Positions 54,695 to 64,000 of a stretch of 64,000 bases of DNA are shown here, piece by piece (position 1 is the stretch's first letter; every line of letters starts with the position of its first letter). The translations under genes were made by a program, and so were the position numbers. Under the pieces are notes generated by a model. It searched no databases and was not told the origin of the DNA. It saw nothing but the letters and a program-made list of their open reading frames with translations. The DNA is from Dipteris shenzhenensis (lineage: Eukaryota): NCBI GenBank assembly GCA_047967505.1, contig CM106538.1; one strand, given 5' to 3'.

Positions 54695-54800
54695 GCAGAA
54701 GCCCATGACTAGCGCCAGAGAGCCCATGACCCACGCAAAAGAACCTACCAGAGAAGCCCATGACCCGCGCCAGAGAGCCCATGACCCGCACAGAAGAACC
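54695..54800 (+). repeat. Short tandem array of AGCCCATGAC-containing units upstream of the CCCH gene
   Basis: At least four AGCCCATGAC units with ~20-30 bp spacing, plus one GCCCATGAC at ~54630. Confidence 0.7.
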
Positions 54801-55177
54801 CGCGGTCGCCAATGAGACGAAGCAGAGCCGCCACACTCTTGGAGGCATTCACTACAAAAGAACAAAATAGGCACCCTAATTTCAAGAGTCCCATGGCCAT
54901 TTTGAAACGCTTATGACTTGTCATCCCTCGCTGTTAAAGACGGGCTCCGCGTGGAAGAATTGTAGCCAGTGGTTTGTTGCACTTTCGAGGCCGACGGAGA
55001 AAGCCGGAAAGGGCACAGGACTCGGGAGAGCGGGATTAAGAGCGAGAAGGTCTCCCAAAGAGGAGAGCGTGTTCACGGGAGCGTGAAGGATCCCAGATTC
55101 TGAGACGCACAGAGCGAGAGAGAGCGTCACAGACAGGGAGACGTTTCTTTTTATGGTTCAGTAGACAGCCCCGAGAA

Positions 55178-55228
<51 letters not shown>

Positions 55229-55266
55229 GGGGGCAGAGTCTGAGAGACTTTGGGTGTGTGTGTGTG

Positions 55267-55314
<48 letters not shown>

Positions 55315-55322
55315 CACCCCAA

Positions 55323-58300
55323 ATGGATTCGGCCGCAAGGCGTGGTGCTGGTAGCGCTGGAGGCGGATGCTCGGCTGATGGTATCATCCCTTGGGACGGA
55401 GTCTCGCCCGCGCACGACTACAGAGAGCACGCTTACCAGCCCCAGCGGGTTTCACGATCTTCGAGATGGAGTGATGGCCCCCCAGGGCAAGGGTCTACTC
55501 AAGAGGGAAACCCCCCCCCTGCTGGGCTGGAACCACCCTTCAAGAGAGTGAGGAACAATTCACAGGAAACTGTAGATCACAGGGACGATACAGGTCCTGC
55601 ATATAGATTTGATTCTGGTTCTGGGGAAGGCCCGCCGGGTCTTAGCTATGGTCGATCCGGATCTGCTACAGCAGGGGATATGCCGAGCGAAACTGGCCAA
55701 GGCTACGGAGGTTTAGGTGGTCAGATCTATGGCACAGGCTATGGTTCGCAGCAGATGCCATCTTATGGGGTAAACTATGCATCGCAGCAGAGCGCACCTA
55801 TGAGTTTTGCGCCTGGGTCTGCTAAGGGTGCAACAGGAGCTCTATTTTACAAGACAAAGCTGTGCACTAAGTTCAAGTCTGGTTCCTGCACTTTCAATGA
55901 ACGATGCAATTTCGCTCATGGCGTAGAGGAGCTTCGAAAACCTCCTTCTGGATGGCAGGACATGGTTGCAACGGGAGGTTCAGCGGGTGAAAGGCCTGGA
56001 GGTTATAGTACTGGACGAGGCTTTGATGCACAACCACGAAGGACTAAGCTCTGCCGGTATTTTATGGAAGGTAACTGTCCCTATGGGGAGCGATGCAATT
56101 TCCTGCATGGTAATGAGGAGGATCAGAAGATTCCAGGAATGGAGCCTCCCAACGCTTTTGCTTTCAGGGGTGGCATGAGGGGGCCTCCTGTTGCAAAAGC
56201 CAACTACAAGACTCGCCTTTGTGCAAAGTGGGAGAAAGGGGAACCTTGCGACTTCGGGGACAAATGCCACTTTGCGCATGGGCCTGAGGGTACTCTCTTG
56301 TTGGCTAATGGCTGTAAAGTCGCTTTGATGTCTGATTTTCCTTTTCCCAGGTTTTGTAGGATCAAATTTCCACGTGAAATACAAAGAACGTTGTCGTTAG
56401 TATCTATGAATCGGTGGTGGTTTTGTTTTCGGAGAACAATTTTTTATGATTGGGCGTGGTTATGTTTTTAGCTAATTTTTAACAACTGATCAGCAATGCT
56501 GGTATATTTCTGTTTCACGTAACTAAATTTCAGTGGAGGGAAATTTTTTGTTATCACTTGCCACGTATTTGAGTATTGCTTGTTTTAATTCTCCAATTCC
56601 TGAGGCTAGAGGGGAGTTATTTAGTAGTGGGCGTTATACTTGAGATGATTAAATGTATTGAAATTTTTTGAAAGACGATATAAGGAATTGTTCTTAAACT
56701 AAGGTGCAGCCCAATGGTCAGTCCCGTCTTATGACTGCAGATGTTTAAGTGTCTTTTCAGGTTCCCCCTCTACTATATCATAATTGGATTGAACTAGGTG
56801 CACTATGGATGTTATCTTTGAGGGCTTAATCTGGACCCCGAGGTCTTGGTTAATAATCAGGTCGCTCTATTTATCCTGTGGGTTTGAAGTAGGAAGTTAA
56901 CCTTTTCTATAGGCAACTGAAGTGTAGTCACCTTGGTAACAATGAAATTTTAAACTAATGTATTGCCTTCTTTTAGGTCTTCTTGAAATGCAGTAATTAC
57001 TGTTGTGTCCTTGACAACCTACGTAGGCTTAAATATTTGTGGAATGTTAAGCTTCTCGACTTTGCCAGTTTTCTCCAAGTGCTCTTGCTACAAATTAGAG
57101 TTTCTATGGGTTGAAATTATTTGAAAAATAGTAAATACTGTTGTAGCCTTGACAACTTAGGGAGGCTTAATACTTGTGGAATGTTAAGGTCAAATTGTGG
57201 GTTTTCTCCCCCCAATCGAACTTTTTATGAAATAAAGTAATTACAGCTATATGCTGACTGTCTGTTTTCAATAAGGAAAAAATTTCGCCTGGATTTAAGT
57301 ACTGTTTTATAAATAGCATTACCGTCTGTAATATTAATTAATTAAAGTACTTACAGCTATATGCTGACTGTCTGTTTGTAATAAGGAGAAATTTCCGCCT
57401 GGACTTAAGTACTGTTCTGTAAATAACATCACCGCTGTGCCTAGGATGATATTTGTAAACCATGAATGAATTTTGTTAAAGTTTGTCAGCTGTGCAGATC
57501 TTCCACTTTCTGTTGAGCATGAATTGTTGTTTCCAATTAGTAGAAGTAGTAATGCACTTTCGAATAGTAGTTTGTTGACAGTAGAAAAGCATGAACTTAA
57601 AAGTGTTAAAGTCATACTTTGTGCTTCTCTTAAAGGTTGTTTTATATTAATTGTTTTAAATAATTTAAATCTCTTCCCCTTAGTTCTGTAATCTCATTTT
57701 GACCTTTGTATAGTCACAGTATGCTTCTTTTTGGGATAGTAACTCGTTTTTGCAATTGATGCCTGCATTATGAATTTTGGATTGCTTTAAAGTTGTGATA
57801 TTGCAGGGCATTGTATATTACGTGCTCAATTCTAGTCAATATTCATTGTAATACAGGGTTTTGCACCGGTGAAAATGGGTTTGGTATTGATGATTATTTC
57901 TATCTGCTCCTGTAGATCTTTAACTCTGATTCTCATAGAGTAATACATCCTCAAGGTTCCACAACTGCATGGTCACAATTCTTCTTGCAGTTGGGATGTT
58001 TTTATTGTTCATTCCTGCTTTAACTCTATAAAACTGCATGTTTTATGCATTTCTTGTGAACTTCGTCGTCTCTCATTTTGTTGATTAAATGTGTGGCTCT
58101 GCAGAGCTGCAAAGATACTCTGGAGTTTCTACCTATCCAAATGGCGGCACTATGACTACGGATGTACAATATCCAGGTGTCAAGTCAGAGATGCCTGCTT
58201 CCCAGATTTATGCTGATCCAAGCATGATGAATCCCCCTCCTTTAGCTGCTCCCTATGGGGCTCCAGCTGATGCAGGTGGTGCTGGTCATATAGCTGCATC

Positions 58301-58787
58301 AAATGTAGACCCATATTCAGCTGCAGGAACAGCTTATGCAAGTTCGCAAGATGGTACTAATGGTTCCTCTGCAAATTACAACTACTGGGATATGGGTGCA
58401 GGTGCTGCTCAAAAACAGCCAAGTGTGTCTACTCAGGGCTATGTGCAGGCTAACCAAACAGTGCCATGGATGGCTGATTATTCTGTTGACGGAGGATATT
58501 ATAGAAGCGGGAATGACACAGCTGTTTCCCAGTATCCTGTACAGGCGCCTCCGCAGCAGCAAAATGTTCCCTTTTACACAGGTGGAAGTGCTCATGACTA
58601 CCAGGATCTGAAGCCGAACACGAATACACCCTATGTGCAGGATGACAGCCAGAGTAAATACCAGGGTGAAGCAAGGAATGGGGATGGCTATTATCATAGT
58701 GCATATACCGAGGCTAACTATTCCAGCCAGCAGCCAGATTACAGTGCCAGATATAATATGGCAGAACCTTGGGGGGGACCTATGTAA
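55323..58787 (+). CDS. Tandem CCCH (3x C-x8-C-x5-C-x3-H) zinc-finger RNA-binding protein; exons 55323-56289 and 58105-58787, 549 aa
   Basis: FYKTKLCTKFKSGSCTFNERCNFAHG, TKLCRYFMEGNCPYGERCNFLHG, YKTRLCAKWEKGEPCDFGDKCHFAHG. A phase-1 GT..AG intron (56290-58104) yields HFAHGPEELQRY, the expected post-finger motif. Total 1650 nt in frame. Confidence 0.88.
57234..57434 (+). repeat. Intronic tandem duplication (~110 bp period)
   Basis: AAAGTA-TTACAGCTATATGCTGACTGTCTGTTT...CGCCTGGA-TTAAGTACTGTT occurs twice. Confidence 0.85.
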
Positions 58788-60529
58788 TTGTTGTCTATGT
58801 GTGAAGTCCTTTTTCGCTTTTTTTGGGTGGTGGGTTTGAAAGGGGCTTTCCTTTTTCTTTTTTATCTTCTCCCCCGTGCTCCATGTCAAACCTTGAGCAC
58901 CCATGGTTGTTTGCTGTTTTTAGAGGGACTTCTATTAGTCCTTTTAGTAAGCTTTTCCATACCTATCCCTGTTTTTAAATCTCTACATTGGAGACTGGAA
59001 TTTTCTCACTGAGGCACTATTGGTGGGGAATTCAGCACATGCTGATAGAATGTGATTTTAGATGTTTTTAAATACTGCTGACTGGTCATATCTTGTCACT
59101 GTGACAAGAGCTTGTTCAGCTTTTTAGCATTTCTGGGGATTGCCATCAGGCAAGTGTCTTCTGATAGTAAGACTACCTCTTTCATATTTTGGACCAACAG
59201 CTGCAGCTTGATTCAAAGAAAGTGTCGAAGTGCACGGTGGCTCAGAAAGTCGAGAATTCTTGTTGCTGAGGCATGTAATGTGGAACAGGTGAGATCCATC
59301 CCTTCCCTTCCCTTCAGAGGAGCAGAAATACCTTAGTATTAAGGCAGTGGTGTCTTCAAATCATAAATTCAGTCATGTACTTAAGTTGATGAATCAATGG
59401 CACTGCGACATAGTTATTTAGTGGTTTTCTTTTGTCTTCTCGTTGCTTGAGGATGATCATTTATTGCCAAGACTTTCTCGAAGCGTTGGCAGTCCATGGT
59501 GCTCTCTGCTAAAGTTGAAGCACTTTCTTAGGAGGGGAAAATGCAATCGAAAGAGCAGGCTTCATCTTGCTTCAGTCCTTGGCAACTTGAATCAATATTT
59601 TTCAAGCCTTTTCTTGAAGTGGCAGACAAGAGGGAATGGAGGTATTTTGTTGACTTACATATGGGGGTCTTCGAATGTTTCCATAGTCTGTAATTATGCT
59701 TGATTAACCAGTTAAAAAACAAGAAGTGATATGCTTTGTTGTGATGTGAATTTTTTAATTCTGCGTTTCTCCTCTTTTTTCTTTTTGTTGGGGGGCTTTA
59801 GGTGTTCAGGATGTACCATGTTGTGAACTCAAGAGGATTAGTGAAGAATCTTTGTACTTAGCTGGGCCATTGTTTGTGAGGCCGTGTGTAGAACAAACTC
59901 CCCCCCCACCCATCCACTTCTCCCAAAAAAAGAAAAAAGAAAAACCCAAAAAGCACACACATGCACTGTATTGCTGAGTTACTAATACTGTGGCTAATGT
60001 ATATTCAGTCATTGAGAATCTGTTTGCTTGTAAATCACCAGAAGAATGAGATCTGACTTGGCTTTTCTTTTCTAAATCAATGCTCAGTTTCAATTTCTTA
60101 CTAGCATTTTCAGTTTTCAAGGGATAATTGAATCATGGAATTCAAAGTGTATTGCGGACATGCAGTAAATACTGTAAATAGAAAAAGAGTAGAATTCATT
60201 ACAAGTTTAATTTGAGTGCGGAAGATGTCTAAGTGATTTTCAAAGCTGCTATTCCGTGAGTGAGTATGGTAAATCAGTGAACAATATGTTTTCTAGTATC
60301 TCATAGATATTTTACTTTGGTCTGAAGACTGGCCCAGTTGAATCCTAGGTTCAGAGTGGGCATTTAAAGTCATGTTTTACTTGCTTAGCCATCAGTCCTT
60401 CTCTTTCTTTGGAGATTGCTCGAGGTGATGCATTGTAAGGTTGTTCATGAGGTATGTATGTAGTACTTAATCGAGTAGACAACTTTATGCTTGGACGCCT
60501 GGGTGGGAAAAACAACAAATTCCAGACAT

Positions 60530-61020
60530 TCAGCTTATGTGATGCTCTGCTCTAGATACGAGAATTTAAAAATGAAGTATGTTTGAAAGAGTTTGTGGTC
60601 CTTTATTCTCTCATTGTGTAAGGGCGATCTGGTTAGACGCATCTTGTGTTCTATAATTGAGGTGATATGGAAAAGAGCACGGTATGGTCTATTTCAAGTG
60701 CTTTAGATTTTAAGTCGTCTCTTTTGGCCTACAATTGTCTTGTAACTTCCGATTTTATACAGCTTATGTGATGCTACTCTAGCTAACAGAATTCGAAATT
60801 GAGGTTTATTTGAACAAGTCTATGATCAGTTATCTTCTCTTATTGTATCAGGGCGATCTGGTTAGATGTATCGCGCGATCTATAATTTTGGTGATATGGA
60901 CATGAACTTTGAATGATTTATTGGAGCACTGTATGGTCTGTCTCAAGTGCCTTAGATTTTAAGTTGTCTCTTTTGGCCTACAAGCGCCTTAAAATTGTCT
61001 TGTAACTTCCCAATTTATAA
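60530..61020 (+). repeat. Tandem duplication of ~230-260 bp
   Basis: CAGCTTATGTGATGCT...AGGGCGATCTGGTTAGA...TCTCTTTTGGCCTACAA...TTGTCTTGTAACTTCC occurs twice. Confidence 0.85.
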
Positions 61021-63749
61021 CTTTAGATAACAGAATTGAACGAGTTTGTGCTCTTTAACATTGTCTCGTAACTTCAATTTTATACAGGATTGTCCTTGTG
61101 TGAAAGTAAAATCTAGTAATTGATGATTTGTAGATAAGAAAGTGAATTGATTGAAGGAAAGGCCCACGTGATGTTGTGGATGGAAAGTCTTACGTGTGCT
61201 GGTTTTGGCTGTTATCAGCCAGGTATATGAAGGCCTCATAATGAAGATGTTTTAATTGTGTGGATGGGATAACAAATTGTATTCATATCTCCTTCCACAG
61301 CATTCAACTATGGTGCACTACCCAATTTGTCCACAATTGTCATTCGGATCAGTACTGTTTTGCCTATGCAAGAATTTGCTGTGTGTGTGCTAATGTCAAC
61401 TTTTTCTCACTCCATTTGTTGTGGAAGCATGCAAGGTTAAATGCTTAAAAATGGCACTAGAAATGCCCAAGATGTTGGTCTTCCATTTCCCTTTGTAACT
61501 GTCTCTTGTCTCTTCATATGGGGAGATATGCCTCTTAGAGTAAATGGTCATTAATTGAATGGCAATAGAAATGTTAAATTGTGAAGAGAATAAATGAAAC
61601 ATGACTGCGTGAGAGTGTTAAAGCTCTAGTAGCATGAGGGTAAATTTATATTTACAGATAATGGACAAGGTTGGGATGCTTTGAATTCTTTTGTGATAAG
61701 TGACATTCCAACCGCGACAAGTATATTTGCATATAATGGCAAACCATACGTGGATTGCTTTTGGAAATTCAATGCAAATAGTGGTTGAGAGAACATTATT
61801 GGACCCCCTAATTTGGTAGAAAGGTTTCAATTTATCTATTTCCAGTCGATTGATTATTTGTTTTGGTGTCCTTATCTTACATGCTTGCCTTTTTCAATCA
61901 ATGTAATGGAGTCAGGACTTTTAGATGGCAGGAAGATTTTTAATTGAAAAAATTCTTTTTTATATATTTTTTGTGAGGTTTTGCTCTACAGCACCTACTC
62001 TTCAAGGGTTAAAATCCTTTTTATGATATCTTTAGAATAACTAGACATGTTTGTAGATTTATGTTAGAATGTACTAAACACAAATCTATTGGCTGGGCAA
62101 ATATATGTCAGAATATTGCTTGTGGATTGACCTTCTAAGGTGGCAGCTTCCATAAATATCACTCGGAAAAACTGCAAGATAGAAATATCCCACCCAAAAC
62201 AATGGTGTCTTAAAAACATGTTAGAATGTACTAAACACAAATCTATTGGCCTTCTAAGGTGAAGACCTTCCTACTACAAACGTAAAGGGTAGTTTTTTTA
62301 TTAATGGTTCTTGCATTTGATTTGAAATTATAGAGACATAGGTCATTGAGCTTGTAAATATCAATTGAAGACTTTGATTATATTAAAAGTGTCGTTGCAA
62401 CTTGTAAGATATTGTGATTTGGACTATGATAATATATACGTTCTTTGATTTTGCCTCTGCCCTTGTGTCTTTCAATCCCCCAATAATCCTTGTGATCAAG
62501 AAGCATTAAAAGAAATTGTGGGTTAGCTTCCCAGAACATAAATTACGAGAGAATATATCGATTTTCTTTTATTCCTATAGTACAAGTAAAATACATGTGC
62601 ACGTGCATGCCTGGTGTGCAAGCATAGGACCAAGCTTGCATGCACTCACACATCCACCCACCCGCATTCTCGCGTGCGTGTGCACATAAGCACGACCATA
62701 GAAGAATGTAGCAAAGGGATGCCATGCCGCCTCTCAAGTAAGAGACATTATAATGGGTGTATTGGGTCTTAACACTTACATTGAGACAAGGGAACAATCA
62801 TTTAATGTCTCTAACTAAGAATAACAATCATTGTATTGGGTCTTGACATTTACATTGAGACATGTAAATAATTATTTGATATTTCTAAGTAAGAATAATA
62901 ATCTTGAAAATATAGAGATGGGAATAGTTTAATAGTAGTGCATGTAAAAAATGACATGAACCGTGCTCCAGCTAACTCTCCAATTGAGTGTGATAACTAC
63001 TAATAAAGAGAACATCTCATTTGCTAGCCACCCAGTTACAAAATCCTTACCTTCCCTTTGAGATCTTCTTCTCTAAATTCTCATGTGCCTCCTTATCTTG
63101 AGGCCTCATTTCCTCTTGAAGCTCTCTTTGGAATTCTCCCACCTAGCCCAACGCTTGCCCACTGGATTCTTTTTAATGGTACCATGTGTCCTTAAAAAAC
63201 CATGAAAAATGAGCCAAAATACATATAAAGAGAGCTAAAGTGTGGGATACTTCTACTCTTACATGAACAAGCACGTAGACTCTCTATCACCAAATTGAAT
63301 TGAGGAGCCAACTTGTTGTCATTGTCTCTCCCAAGTCCAAGTTTCGAAGGTGTTCGTCACCTATAGTCGTGTTGTTGCTTGTTGTCCCATAGGTGTTCAC
63401 AAGTGTAGCATAGGTTCACAAGTGTAGCATAGGTCCTTGATTCGTATTCTGGTGAGAGGTGTAAGCTAAAGCATCGAAAGTAGCTCTCATATGCGCATGG
63501 GTGAGAAAGAGGGCTTGATCACAACGATGGATGAAGGCTCTCACCTCCACAGGAGTTCAAGGGTTTAGAAGGGGGTTGCAAGGTTCAGAAGGGGGATAGG
63601 GTTAAGAGAGCTATCTAAGAGTTCCAGGTTTCAGAGAGGGTTGCAAGGTTTAAGAGAAGTCCAAGGTTGAAAGGTGGAGAGCTTTCCTATGTGACTTGAA
63701 GGGGTAAGGGTTACGGAGGAGGGACAAGGGAGAAGAGCCCCTCCACTTT

Positions 63750-63880
63750 TTGGGGAGACCTCTTGCGTTTCTACACAAAGTGGGGAATCTCATGAGTCCC
63801 TACGCAAAGTGAGGGAACCTCTTGAGTCCCTATACGAATTGGGGGGACCTTTTGAGTCACTCCACAAAGTGGGAGGACCT
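63750..63880 (+). repeat. ~30-bp degenerate tandem repeats, probably in a retroelement leader or LTR
   Basis: About four AGTGGGGAATCTCATGAGTCCCTACGCAA-like units. Confidence 0.6.
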
Positions 63881-64000
63881 AAAAAAGTGTATGCTTTTAG
63901 TTGTTCTCTTTCTAGTTTAAGTATTTCTCTCTCTAGGTCTTGATTTTGAGAGTATGATTGGATCTCTTCTAGAGAGGATTTTAGCTATCCTCATCCTTTA

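Noticed and set aside
55254-56471. 405-aa ORF taken as the complete CCCH protein
   Set aside because: The start lies in a GTG/microsatellite tract and the end reads into the intron. The spliced model from ATG 55323 fits better.

Overview
Repeat-rich nuclear DNA from a land plant. The PLS-PPR repeat style and the dense (CT/GA)n tracts suggest a fern or lycophyte, but that is inference. Two host genes are visible. One is an intronless PLS-E1-E2-DYW RNA-editing factor whose DYW domain is cut by a single in-frame TGA 25 codons before an otherwise intact 'DYW*' end. The other is a two-exon tandem CCCH zinc-finger gene. The rest is mostly decayed transposons: two copies of one Ty1/copia family in opposite orientations; a small gag-only LTR element (TR-GAG-like) with a GTGCT target-site duplication and non-canonical TG..TA ends, later duplicated inside a microsatellite field; an Athila/Tat-like Ty3 fragment; and a chromovirus-like Ty3 whose gag-RT and integrase halves face opposite ways. 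The most notable element is a decayed rolling-circle transposon with Helentron (HLE2) architecture: putative RPA-like OB folds, OTU-like protease, Zn finger, Rep with an RGS-type motif 2, PIF1 helicase and a C-terminal AP endonuclease. The endonuclease does not appear in the ORF track. All calls come from manual reading and translation; no searches were run.
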